The notes under the pieces: generated by a model
What the model was told of the DNA's origin: nothing
Databases searched by the model: none
What the model saw: only the letters and a program-made list of their open reading frames with translations
Assembly (NCBI RefSeq): GCF_009914755.1
Contig: NC_060931.1
DNA from: the human T2T-CHM13v2.0 reference genome, Homo sapiens
DNA length: 64,000 nucleotides
Strand: one strand, 5' to 3'
Made by a program: the position numbers and the translations under genes
Shown: in pieces, positions 48,579-64,000 of the stretch
Layout: each line of letters opens with the position of its first letter
How positions within the stretch are numbered: the first letter of the stretch is position 1

Positions 48579-50969
48579 TCATATGTTGCTATGACTGGTC
48601 AGGGGACTTATACAAACATGTTAAATAATACAGGTGGCATACTTGATGTAAATGGTCATTGTTTTGCCCATAGGTACAGTCTTTCTTTAAGTTGACCTCA
48701 CTGTCTGTTTCTTTCTTCTTCTTACTGAGGGCTAATTCTGGAAGGAAAAAGCTAGAATTCTGTTCCAAAGCCTGGCTTTTATCACTGTTTTTCTTTCTCT
48801 TCAAAGGAGAAGAATGGAAGGACGTTACAAAACAAGAACCATAGCTTGTTGGAGAAGATGAATTACCAAGTGGAGGAATCAAATCAGGGCCACCGATGGT
48901 GCCGTAAATCATAAGAGTGGGCTGTCAAGGGAAACCCCATAGGAGATTTAGGACTTGGCACCACCTATCCATCTCGTCCAGGATGCATTTAGTGGACTCA
49001 TGTGCTCAAGTGATATTTGGGGGCACGGATCTCTTGGGGCTCTTATCAAAAGCTTCTGTGACTAATTAGAAAGGAATCCATCCCCATGCCTTTCTCTGGA
49101 GCTGTGTGAATACTGTGAGGTGCTAGAAATGAATGTCTACATTTGTGTCATTTCAACTCCATCCCAAATGTTTGGAGTAAGAGCCGGCTGTCTGTGTACT
49201 TCTCCATCTTTCTCTTGGAACTAACAGTTAAGCAGTACATCAACAGTGCCGTTCCTAAAAAATTCTGGATTATGAAAATAGGAATGACATTTCATGTCGG
49301 GGAGAGTGCCAAGGTGTCATTGACTAATAATCCCACCTCACTAAATTCCCGTATGGAAAGACCAGATCACCAAGCTGGTTCTTTCTTCCTGTTTTCAAGG
49401 ATTACTGCCTGAGCACTGGTGCTTAGGAAAAAACAGGCTCCACATGTTTTAGGATGGAATTTTCTAGAATCGCCTGGTTTTCTCTCGGGCACTTTCACCA
49501 TCTCGGTTTGGTATCTCTGTTCAATTGAAGCTGGCTTTCCGCTGGCAGCTCTTGTTTGGTCCTCTCCTGATTTCAGGACGTTCTGTTAACTCTCTTCTTC
49601 AGCCAATTCCCAAGTGTCATCCATCAACAGTTTGAACTCAGGCAGGCATGTGAAGCTAGCACCCAGCAAAGTGGTTTGGAAAGTGATGATGTTAGGCAGA
49701 GTGTGGGTAACTTTCAAACCAAACCAGCTGAATTCAGTCAAGCAACCAAGCAGTTTGTAACTGGTTGGTTGTGGTCCAACTGTAGGAAGAGTTGATATCT
49801 TTCAAAGCCATCTGTGTATATAGACACAGTGTTACTTTCCATAAGCTGACATCCTTATCATCATTCCTCTTAATCAGCACATTAATACTTCTTACCCTTT
49901 AGGTTTTTTTCATGCTTGATGGTATATTTCATTAGGGAACTGATTTATTCAAGACACAATATTCCTCTGGTAAACCTGATTTCATCTATAAAACAGGTTC
50001 TTTGAGCAAGATAGAATTTTACAAGCACAAGCAATTTCAGTTGCAATGTCCTTCTAAGTCTGGGAACTGGAAATATAATTTGCAGTGAGCTCCATCTTCT
50101 TCAATTTGTCCTCCTCCTTTTCTTCCTCCTCTCTCTTTCATTTTCCTTCAGGCTCTCAGCACATCACATTGTTAATCTAGATTCCAGAGGCTAAGCATTG
50201 CTAGGAATGGGGAAAGAACATGAATCACCTCTTTCCCTCCTTTTTCTGCTCCAATTTTAAATATGTGAATCATAACTCTAGGAAAATATGCTGGGCAAAA
50301 AAAGGAAATATGTAGGGAAAGAGGGGGGAAACACACACGTGGTCCAATTTCCAGCCAGCTTCTGCAAGGCAGCCAACAGACAGGCTAAGAATCTAAGACA
50401 ATGTCTGACAGGTTGCTATTTTGAGCTTGCTTTCCTCAAAAATATTTTTGGGCCCAAAATATTGCAGCACCTACCTGCCATGTGAAATTGTAAGAGAACA
50501 CTCAGAGAAGGCAAAAAAGAGTGTCTAGTCACTCTTTTTCTAGTAAAAGGATGACTTCTGATCTTGTCAATCTATTTTGCAGCTCATAAAAGTTGTTGAT
50601 TTAAATAATCTATGACAAGACTCCATGGGTTCAGTTTGCAGAGAACAATTTGCTAGCTGGATTTTTCACTAGATTCAATTGAAATTTTTCGTGTTTTTTT
50701 TTGTTTTGTTTTGTTTTTTTTGTAGAGACAGGGTCTTGCTATGTTGCCCAGGCTGGTCTCAAACTCCTGGCTTCAAGCAATCCTCATGTCTCAGCCTCTA
50801 AAAGTGCTGAGATTACAGTGTGAACCACTGCACCCGGACACTATGTTTAATTTTAGTGACTTGTCACAGTGGACATTAATGTCTTACTTTTATTTCTCTG
50901 CTTACGACTTGCCTGGGCCCTTTATGTTCTTGGATCCCTCAACAGAGCTGTCCTCTGTTTGCTTTAATG

Positions 50970-51508
50970 CAACAGTCCCCAACCCTTTTGGCACCAGGGA
51001 CCAGTTTCACGGAAAACAATTTTTCCGTAGACAGTGGGGGTGAAGGGGATGGTTTCGGGATGATTCAAGTGCATTACATAGATTGTGCACTTTATTTCTA
51101 TTATTATTACATTGTAATATATAATGAAATAATTCTACAACTTGCCATAATGTAGAATCAGTGGGAACCCTGAGCTCATTTTCCTGCAACTAGATGGTCC
51201 CATCTGGGGGTGATGGGAGACAGTGACAGATAATCAGGCATTAGATTCTCGTAAGGAGCGTGCAACCTAGATCCCTCACATGCACATCACAACACGGTTC
51301 CCGCTCCTGTGAGAATCTAATGCTGCCACTGATGTGACAGGAGGTGGAGCTCAGGCGGGAATGTGAGTGATGGGGGTCAGCTGTATGGTACAGGTGAAGT
51401 TTCGCTCAGCTGCCTGCGGCTCACCTGCTGTGAAGCCCGGTTCCTAAGAGGCCATAGACCAGTACCAGTACTGGTGCCAGTCTGTGGCCCAAGGGTTGGG
51501 GACCCCTG
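50970..51508 (-). mobile_element. MER1A hAT-Charlie element
   Basis: caacagtccccaacc...gttggggacccctg termini; degenerate 8-bp TSD ctttaatg/ctcttatg. Confidence 0.85.
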
Positions 51509-51966
51509 CTCTTATGGGCTTGCTTCCTAGGTCATAACCTGGTCAGAGAAGACAGTTGTACTTCTGGCTTTCTACCTCCCAGAATGCTGGGAACCCACAC
51601 CTTCTACACTCCTTTCTTCCCCTTGGCAGGTCCCAGGTGGTTCAAGCTTTGACACTTCTTGATAGTCATTGACGTTTTCTTGAGTTGTCCACAGTGTAGC
51701 TGCCTGGGTCATAGACCACTGACCTTGACTTCATTCATTGCTCAAGGAGTGCTACAACTCCTCTGTTAGACTCTCCGAATAGAGGCCCTGGTCTTTTTGC
51801 TTCCTTGTAACTCCCACTCTCCTAGAACAAATTCCATCAGGGCTGCTAGAAAAAGGTTTACAGAGCCACCATCTCCCTCTTGGAGGGCCAGGTCTTGCTG
51901 CTCCTGCAAGGTAAGAAGCTCTGGGGTATGTGGGAACACCTCATTCCCAGTTAAAGAGACAGAATA

Positions 51967-52341
<375 letters not shown>

Positions 52342-52573
52342 TTAGAGCATATGGGTCCTAAGAACATAAAGGGCCCAGGCAAGTCATAAGCAGAGAAATA
52401 CAAGTAAGAAATAAGTGTCCACTCTGGCAAGTCACTAAAATTGAACACAGTGGCCAGGTGCAGTGGCTCATGCATATAATCCCAGTGCATTGGAAGACCA
52501 AGCTAATAGAATCGCTTGACCTTGTTTCTACCAAAAAGAGAGAAAAAAAACCTAAAATTGAATGTAGTGATAA

Positions 52574-52952
<379 letters not shown>

Positions 52953-53110
52953 TAAGCTGCAAAATAGATTGACAAAATCAGAAGCCATCCTTTTTCCAGT
53001 CACTCTTTCTTGCCTTCTCTGTCTTCTGTGTAGACAGCATTCCTCTGAATAGATGTTCTTGTCTCTTTAACTAGCAATGGGGTGTTTTCATCTACAGCAG
53101 AGCTTCTTAC

Positions 53111-54186
53111 CTTGCAGGAGCAGCAAGACCTGGACCTCCAAGAGGGAGATGGTGGCTCTGTAAGCCATTTTCTAGTGGCTCCAGTGGAATTTGTTCCAAG
53201 AGAGTGGGAGTTACAAGGATGCAAAAGGACCAAGGCCACTATTCGGAGAGTCTAACAGAGGAGTTTAGCACTCTTGGAGGAAAGAAGGAAGTCAAGGTCG
53301 GTGATCCACGACCCAGGGCAGCTGCACTGTGGACAACGCAAGAAAACCTCAGTGGTTATCAGAGGAATGTTGGCTACTGCACAGCCACTAGAAAGACGTT
53401 GAGACAGGGTACCAGGCAGCCCAGGAGGGCCATTGCTTAGAGCTGCTTACAGTGAGTCTGCAGCTCCCAATGACTTACTTTATTATTTGCCTGGATCTGA
53501 GAAACTGTTCTCCAGAGGCTGATGAAGGTCTAGGGCAATGCTTTATACTCCTGCATAGCATCTGTTTTCCATTTCTGTTCCCCATAAATTGCATTGTTTG
53601 GCCACTTGCCTGCACTTGCCTCTCCCTGCCCCTTCCCCTTCCTTTCTCTCCTCTAGATACCTTTTCTCTTAGGAAGAACAGGATCATTTCTCTCCCAAAC
53701 AGGTCTTCCCACAGAGGAAAATGCTGAACAATACCAAATGTGGCCTTTGGTTTGTGGCTGCACCTGGCAACTAGTCAGAGAATTGCCTCTGGACTTTCTT
53801 CCCATTTTGCGGACACAGCCTCAGTTCGTGCATATTCAGTAGGGCTTGAAATTGTCTGTATGACAGTGGTTCCAATGTTAAGGGCAATGTGGGCAGCTTC
53901 TCATGTTACTTCTGGAGAATCACTTTCCAGGTTCTTCTCTCTTTCCCTCTCCATCCTCCCCCAATTCCCCTTTATCTTCACTTCTAATTGCAAAAATGGA
54001 GGAGGAAAGTAAGGTGAAAGTGGAGATCCTAAAATAGGTCAGGCCATCATGCAGGTTCTAAAATAAACGTCATCAATGCCAAGTCACTGAACCACATAGC
54101 CCAAGCTGACAGTGCCTCATTACCTGCTGTTCTGACGGGATTTTAAAGTCACAGCAAGCATCAGTGTCAAAGACTTACAAAAGAGC
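53111..54186 (-). pseudogene. Candidate decayed multi-exon gene, core exons 54186-54124, 53855-53661, 53529-53479, 53387-53111; possibly RGS-like (RGS22/RGSL1-type)
   Basis: GT-AG boundaries; exon lengths 63, 195, 51 and 277 nt with phase-0 joins; few stops in the first three exons; motif resemblance judged by eye. Confidence 0.45.
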
Positions 54187-55144
54187 CTCCAAAACAAAAA
54201 CAAAAACAGGGAAGGCAATTTTGGGATGAGCAGGGAAGATGGGATAAGGGAAATGAAGAAAGACCCTGCCATACTAGGATCGAAGCGCAAACCAGAATGT
54301 GCTCTTTTGTAATCCACGTTGCTATTTTTGGTTATCAATGGGCTTGTGGCGGGTGGAAAGGGGGAGGAATAAATCCATCCTTGCTCCAGTGCAGGTTTGA
54401 ACTTTGTGAGGATGGAATGGTAAGCACACAACATAGGGTTTTGTGCGTCAGCACAACTTTGTGTTAAGTTGTTCTCAGAGGGTATCTTGTAAGGGAATGT
54501 GAAAATGAATTACTGTGTTTGTTCTGGAGGCTGGAATGCAACTACTGAGATGTGATAGAAAAACTGGTCTTAACACTGCCCAGTAAAACAGTATTTCCCC
54601 CTACACTTATGTATGGCACCTATGGTCCATTTAGTCCCACATACACAAAGTAATCTCTTTGGTAGTCAAACTCCCATGAGCCATCCAGAGTACACAGCAG
54701 GAAGAACTCTGTTGTCTAGCAACCAATGGAACATTACAACACTAGATAAATTGAATCAATATTGCTCTAAATATTGAACCCTTAGATGATGCAAAAACCC
54801 TCAAAGCCATGTCCATAACTCCTCTGCTCTTTCCTCTCCTAGACTTAGCAGCCGAGGAGAACCAGCTGGTGTTTTGACAATCTGTGGAGACCCATGGGGA
54901 GGGAGGACTGGGGGAGAGCATGCTGAGTTCCACGGGGGAACCCAGCAGTAGTCATTCCAGAAAGGAGATATGAAAGCTGAATCCCTAGGAATCTGGAGCC
55001 TCCTGTCCACCTTCGCAGCACTGGGTGGCCTGGAAGTGAAGTCATCGTCCTGAGTTCCTGACCTGCTGGTGTCTGGTCAGGAATCACTGAAGTTGAGGAG
55101 ATCAAGGTCATCAACAATGGTTTTTATGAAGAACACTTGAGTTG

Positions 55145-55520
55145 CTGGGCGCAGTGGCTCATGCCTGTAATCCCAACACTTTGGGAGGCTGAGGTGGGAG
55201 GATCATTTGAGCCCAGGAGATTGAGATCAACCTGGGCAATATAGTAAGACCCCCATCTCGAAAAAAATTAAAATTAGCCAGGTGCAGTGGTGAACACCTG
55301 TAGTTCAAGCTACTCAGGAGGTTCATTTCTACCAAGGTGCAAGGGGCTGGTTAAAATAAAAGAGGCTTTAAGGGAAAGGAAGTTCCAATATGTCAATCTG
55401 AGGGTTGTGAGCAGACAGAGAAGGTGCAGCTCACCACTGGGGCTTGGTGAGGAGGCAGGAGGATCACTTGAGCCCAGGAGTTGGAGGCTGCAGTAAGCTG
55501 TGATTGCACCACTGCACTCC
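55145..55520 (+). mobile_element. AluJ-like with a ~130-bp non-Alu insert and no tail
   Basis: Alu sequence breaks at ~55321, resumes at ~55452 and stops at gcactcc. Confidence 0.8.
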
Positions 55521-55809
55521 GTTATTCTCCTGACACTTTGTCCTCCATCATATTATCACTCACGCTTGGATTAGGCTGTGGAAATGGGGACTTGCAACAT
55601 TGGAGGGAAAACCTTAAAACTGTCAAGGATAATTTATCCGTAGCTCACCAGGAAGGCCCCCAGGAAGATAAACTGTCCACAGGGGTCCCTTGTGGCACAT
55701 TCTTTTTTCCCTGCTGTTTTCTACCTTCAGCATTTTTTTCCTGCCCATCAACTGTCTTATTCTTCCAATCTCCATGGGGTGCATCTCCATTTTCCTTTTG
55801 AGAAATCTA

Positions 55810-56220
<411 letters not shown>

Positions 56221-56887
56221 TATCTCCCTATCCTCAGGGAAATCTCTGAATCTTAAGATCCATTACTACTTTCCTCTATCCTACCCCAGAGGTGCATTGA
56301 TCCAACAGTAGCTCATTAAATTCATGATAACACCTAGTTCAGGGAAACTACTGCTTCTGCTATCCCAAGGCAGAAAAACCACAGATGCCCCACGTGGGTC
56401 TCAGGCAAGTTCATGCCACATCCCTTCTCTAAGTTCTCTGTGCAGGTCTATTTCTGGACAGGTGTCTAAGTCCACTATGCTCATTTTCCCTCATTATCAC
56501 CATCATCATGGCTGTTTGTCACTCTGCTCCTACACGTCAGGCACTGTAAAATACATTCTTCCACTGCTTCCACTGCACATTAGACATCATCAGCTCCGTT
56601 TTGCAGAGGAGCAAATGAAAGCATAGAGAGAGCATACAATTTGTCCAAGGACACCCAGCTAATATGTGGGAGCTGTGATTTGAATCAAGTTCTTCCATCT
56701 GAAGTCAAGGCTGTTCTGGAGTTTCAGTTTTGTGGAGGCTAGAGAGGAGATGACTTATAAGCAAATGCTCTAGGAGTATAAGAAGGACACAGCAGGTGAC
56801 TGGCAGAATCTTGCCTTCACTTGGAAAATCAGGAGACCTGGATTTTAGTCAAAGTTTTATTGAACTCCCAATTTTTCTTTTCATCAT

Positions 56888-58322
56888 CTACAAAATGCCC
56901 AAATTCCTATCTAAGGGATCTGGGGAGTCATGCCCTACAAACCATAAATTCTCATCAGATTGGTTTTACTTAACACTATATATCATAACTTGCTTTCCAA
57001 TATGACTCTGTCATAACATTATGTGATAAAGAAGAAAATCAAAATATTTTACCCCAAACATGTTTCTTTCACATATTTTGAAATGGCCCTGCAAAGCTGT
57101 CCTTTGTGGGGGAAAATTTGCATCTGTAAAGACTCTCTAACATAGCTAGATCTTTTTCTTCTAGGCCCTCCCAATCCTGAAGAGATTAACTACTGGGGGA
57201 ACCAGCCCCCAGTATTTCAACATAGATTCTTTTCTACTTTCCCTAAGTGTCAGCCAGTCTGAGAAATAAAGAGAAAGAGTACAAAGAGAGAAATTTTAAA
57301 GCTGGGCCTCCCAGGGTGTCATCACATATTGGTAGGACTGTGATGGTGACCTCAAGCTGCAAAACCAGCAAGTTTTTATTAGGGATTTTGAAAGGGGAGG
57401 AGGTGTACAAACACGGAGTAGGTCACAAGGATCACATGCTTCAACGGGCCATAAAGATCACAAGGTGAAGGCAAAATTAGAATTACTGATGAGGGTCTGT
57501 GTCCCGCTGTGCATGCACTGTCTTGATAAACATCTTAACAGGAAATAGGGTTCGAGAGCAGAGAACCAGTCTGACTAGAATTCACCAGGCTGGTATTTCC
57601 CAATCCTAGCAAGCCTGAGGGCACTGCAGGAGACCAGGGCGTATTTCAATCCTTATCTCAACCGCATAAGACAGACACTCCCACAGCGGCCGTTCATAGA
57701 CCTACCCCCAGGAATGCATTCCTTCCCCAGGGCTATTCCTTGCTGGGAAAAGAATTCAGCAATATTTCTCCTACACACTTTCTGCAAGAAGAAAAATATG
57801 GCTGTATTCTGCCTGACCCCGCAACAATTAACTAAGAATCTAGCACCTTTTAAAGATCTGAATAGGAAGCACTTGTCATCTATTGTCTCTAAGGGCAGCC
57901 ACTATGAGAGTTTAAAAGAACCTTGGTCTCCACAATCTTTTATCTCACCCTGAACATTTCCTTTCTATTGATTCCAGGTCTTTAGACAAACTCAACCCAT
58001 TGTCATCCAAAAAATGTTTAAATTTGCCTATAGCCTGGAAGTCTCCCTCCCCTCATCCCCCTGCCCTGTCCCCTCTCCCTCTTCCCCCTCCCCCTTTCCC
58101 TTCCCCTCTCCCCCACTTTGAGTTGTCCTGCCTTTTTGAACAAAACCAATGTATTTCTGAAATGTATTTGATTGATGTTTCACGCCTCCTTAAAATGTGT
58201 AAAACCAAGCTGTGCCCTGACCACCCTGAGCACTTGGAGAGCTTTGTCACGGGCCATGGTCATCATATTTGGCTCAGAATAAATCTGTTCAAATATTTTA
58301 CAGACTTTGACTCTTCAACAAC
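56888..58322 (+). mobile_element. MER4-family ERV1 LTR split by MER11
   Basis: ggggagtcatgccctacaaaccataaattctc...cagaataaatctgttcaaatattttacagactttgactct. Confidence 0.75.
57191..57826 (-). mobile_element. MER11 (HERV-K HML-8) solo LTR, internally deleted
   Basis: Minus strand tgttgcgggg...gctggttcccccagta; 6-bp TSD attaac (57185-57190, 57827-57832). Confidence 0.85.
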
Positions 58323-59596
58323 ACTTTTTAGCAACACAAATGGATGAAGAAGATAAGACTTGAATTCAATCTGGAGTCTGCAGCCTGGCTAAGCTGACCC
58401 ACAGCCTGGAGCAGGCATGTCCCACGAACTCCACAGACCTGGGAGCTAGCAAAAGAAATGCTTGCTGCAGTGAGACAGAATGTTTTGGGGAAGTTTATTA
58501 TGCAGCAATAGCTGATTGATATATTATTTTTATATGGGGAAAAGTGGGTCATATCATATGGAGAGAAAGATGGGGTGGTGGAAAAAAAGAAAGGTTATTG
58601 GGTTACCAGGGAGGAGAGGAACCTGTTGTCTATCATAGGTCCTTCAGGAAGGACCTTGTAGCAAGAGTTTCTCTGAACTTTCCAGATCTATCATTGTGCC
58701 AGACAAGCCACGAGGCTAAAATTTTTTTTTTAAGGCAAAAATTCAATGGTGGCCTGTGCAGAGCTGAAAGGGCAAAACTGGAAGGAAGTAAGAGAATAAC
58801 CTTTTACAACAGGCAAAATTGATGGCTGATTCAACAGCCCCAGAGGCTTGTGTAGCTCAGCAACTTACAGCAGCCATTCTTCTTGTTCATTTTGGTGAAG
58901 TTATTCGTGCAAAGAGTAAGGGTCCCCACTCTGCCCAGGTGCAGGAGGAGATTCAGAAAATTTAAAGAAATATGGGCATAATTTAATTCATCCTTGATGC
59001 TGATAGAAAGTTCCAGAGACATGGCCATAACATACCAACCAGTTTTATGCCCATCTTTGGAAATGGTAACAAGATGCTTTTAACCATCGTGGTGGTATAT
59101 TTCTTGCATAGAAATAATTTTTTAAATGGAATACTTAAAAAAAAGCATTTGATACCAGTAAGGTTTTTCCAGAGGGCGTTGAAAAGAATTGGACTAAGCT
59201 TAGAAAAATGAGTTATCTGTTACCCAGAAAAAGCAGGTAGATCACTGCTGACAGAGCAATTTAATTTTAGCCCACATGTTTCAACACAAATTTATACCTC
59301 CCATGCAATTAGCTAAAATAACTGAAATAGGCAAGTGCCCAAAGTACAGTAATTTATTATTCAAATTAAGCAGAATTTATAAACTCATTGGCAGTTACTT
59401 GTTTGACTTGACTTTTCTTTCTGTGAGGATAAGCCTTTCTGTTGGAAGGGACCACCTAGATCAGAGTGATGTCCACCTCTACCAGCTACAGAGGTACTTA
59501 GCTTCTGAATGAACACTTGGCTCTTAGTATGTTATTAAAGGAAAATTCAACTGGAATTGTTGGTTATATTTCTCTGTCTTATCTTCCAGGAATCTT

Positions 59597-59888
59597 TATT
59601 TGTTTGTTTTTTAAGAGACAGGGTCTGGCTTTGTTGCCCAGGCTGGAGTACTGTGGCACGATCATAGCCCACTGCAGCTTTGAATTCCTGGACTCCCACC
59701 TCAGCCTCCTGAAAAGCTGAGACCACAGGCATGTGCCACTGCACCTGTCCAATTTTTAATTTTTTTTTTTTGTAAGGAAGAAGTCTTGCTGTATTGCCTA
59801 GGCTGACCTTGAACTCCTGGGCTAAAGCGATCCTCCTGCCTTGGCCTCCTAAAGTGTTAGGATTACAGGTGGGAGCCACCCTGCCTAG
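59597..59888 (-). mobile_element. AluJ-like
   Basis: TSD ttatcttcca(g/a)gaatctt. Confidence 0.85.
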
Positions 59889-60321
59889 ACTTATCTTCCA
59901 AGAATCTTGGAGGGCAAGCATTGAGTTTTGAACCACTCTATTTTCTTCTTTGCCTCGTTGTGCAAAGCACGGTGTCTTGAACTTTGGAGTTCTGTAAATG
60001 CATTTTTATTATCATGGCAGACCCATTTGGTTGGCCAACCCAGACATCATTTGTGTTTCCTCTTCTACCTAGCCATCTTCAGACTAGGCACACATGACTC
60101 CATTCTGGCCAATGCATTGTAAACTGAAGCCTCTAGGTGGGGTTTTGGGAAATATACATATTTTTAAATTGGTATGCCACATTAGCTGTTTTGTACCTTT
60201 CTCTTCTTGCATGCACACGTGAGGCTCAGAAGGGCAGTAACCATCCTGTGACCCTGAAGCAATAGGCGCGTGGATGAAGGTCCACACCCTAAAGATGGCA
60301 GAGCAAAATGATGTGAAGAGC

Positions 60322-60758
60322 TTGTGTTGGAACTGGCTTTTACCAGCTTACAAGAATTGACCAATAACTTTTCAAAAATTTTGCATGTCTCTTGATTAGC
60401 ACAGCCATGATTAAAAATTGCCTTATATAAACTTACAATGAAGTAAGTTATATTAAAACAAAGATAATAGTGAAAACTTTTTTTTTTTACCATGTTACTA
60501 CTATCTAATGCTTGTGAGGTTATTTATGTGTGTAATATTTATGGTGGAAATATCTTATACTGCAATGCAATTGAGTGTTTCTTCCCAGCTCTGCACTTAG
60601 ATGTGTCACATTGATAGCTGGAAATCAAACCATGGTGGAAGTACGTGCACTATGGAAATTGACAAACACTATGGAAATTGACAAACACTATGGAAATTGA
60701 CAAAACATAAGTACTGTCCCTTCAGAATGGTTGTTAAACATTTACCAGCTCACCACTG
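60322..60758. mobile_element. MER63-like hAT element within an MLT1 LTR; 19-bp unit x3 at 60648-60705
   Basis: Ends gttgttaaacatttaccagctcaccactg; (cactatggaaattgacaaa)3. Confidence 0.7.
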
Positions 60759-61192
60759 CTGGCTTCCTGGTGGATCACTGATTCGACATCTCAGCCTCAG
60801 ACTACCCTCTCCTAGAATTCTTATTGGATAGACAAATACGCCCCAATGTTTTAAAGTCAATATTAGTCAAGGTTTCTTATGTTATTGCAACAAAAATTAT
60901 GTCTAACGTGTATAACTATTAAGTCATTTATCGCACCATACCAAACACAGCTGGAAAATATTCAATATCAAACCACGAATGAGCAGAAGAAGAAAGAAAT
61001 CCTACTTGGAACTGAAGTCAGGCAGTTGGAATTTGCAGAAGGAAATCCTGGCAGCCTGTGGTGTTTGAGGCATTACATAAACATCTGATACTTGACTCAG
61101 TAACTATCAGCACTTGGTGTCAGCATATAAATGTAGGGTTGGAAAACTAGACAAATTGATTTTCCATTCCTCTCATTCTAGTTTCTTCCTTT

Positions 61193-62775
<1,583 letters not shown>

Positions 62776-63507
62776 CATTCCTCTCATTCTAGTTTCTTCC
62801 TTTCGTTGATGCTGTAGTCACGGATCTTATTACTAGCATAACAGTCAGTAATATAAATATGTTATTTCTCTGGTTAAAGAATAATTCTTTTCAAAGCTGT
62901 ATAATGTGATAAACTGACCCTGACTGATGACCATAAAAATAATTTACCCTTTTCTCCAAAGCTGTCAAAAAATTCTCAAGCTCTATAACCTATAAGCTGT
63001 CTAACCTTAAGCCACTGTTATATATTTTTCACATTTTATGAGTTAAAATAGACCTGAGAGTTAAGAAGAGGAATCATTGGTACATCTACTTCCCAGCCTG
63101 GAATATTAAGGGTCAGAGAGGTTAACTTATCTGTTCAAGGTGAAAAAAAATAGAAAGTGGGGCTCGATTACAATTGATTCTATCTCTTCATTACTCTTTT
63201 TCTTTCTCAGAATCACATTTCTGTATTCCAGTATAAATATTGAGTTTGAACGCATGAAAATTATTTTTCTGGTATTTAAACAGGGTGGTTGGATTTTGTT
63301 TTCCTTTCTGGCCTGAGGCTGTTAAGAAGAGCCAGAGATCAAGAATTTGAGTCTTTGAATGCAAAATAAAAAGCATTGCCAATGGAACTAGGTTTGTTAC
63401 TGGGGATTCTTGGTGGGGAATAATATGTTCTGGCAAAAAATGAGGAGGTCTATTTTCTCCTCCTCCTCTTATATAGTCTCCTTTTAGTTTCATACCTTTA
63501 CCTTCTT

Positions 63508-63926
<419 letters not shown>

Positions 63927-64000
63927 TCAGTAACAGAGAAAATCTCAGTGGGCTGAAGATAATGTAAAAACACCCCAAGTTCTAGTGTGTTCTTCTCCAT

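Noticed and set aside
60648-60705. 19-bp repeat x3 as CRISPR-like array
   Set aside because: No spacers; slippage duplication inside a MER63-like element in eukaryotic DNA

Overview
Primate (very probably human) genomic DNA, repeat-dense, with no intact protein-coding gene that I can support; nothing prokaryotic, no CRISPR array and no rRNA/tRNA genes. Repeat family names are by-eye recognition, not RepeatMasker output. Main contents: (1) a 6054-bp two-LTR HERV-K(HML-3)/MER9 provirus (8759-14812, TSD GTTTAT) with decayed, internally deleted gag-pro-pol-env; (2) an IFITM3 processed pseudogene (24459-25064) about 0.4 kb downstream of a same-sense ERV1 solo LTR; (3) an RNASET2 processed pseudogene preceded by a ~1.4-kb CpG-rich leader (~35471-37740), with truncated repeats on both sides; (4) about 40 Alus, L1/L2/CR1 fragments, MaLR/ERV1/ERVK LTRs and hAT/mariner MITEs; (5) an ~820-bp quasi-palindromic TA/CA array that appears to have grown inside an Alu tail. 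Two things the repeats do not explain. First, a candidate fossil multi-exon gene on the minus strand at ~48.6-59.2 kb: four consecutive exons joined by phase-0 GT-AG introns, whose peptide resembles RGS-like domains of the RGS22/RGSL1 type (resemblance from memory, unverified). Second, a cluster of locally templated inverted or duplicated insertions at 39.9-55.5 kb. The IFITM3 plus RNASET2 retrocopy pair recalls human 7p11.2, but I cannot verify the locus.
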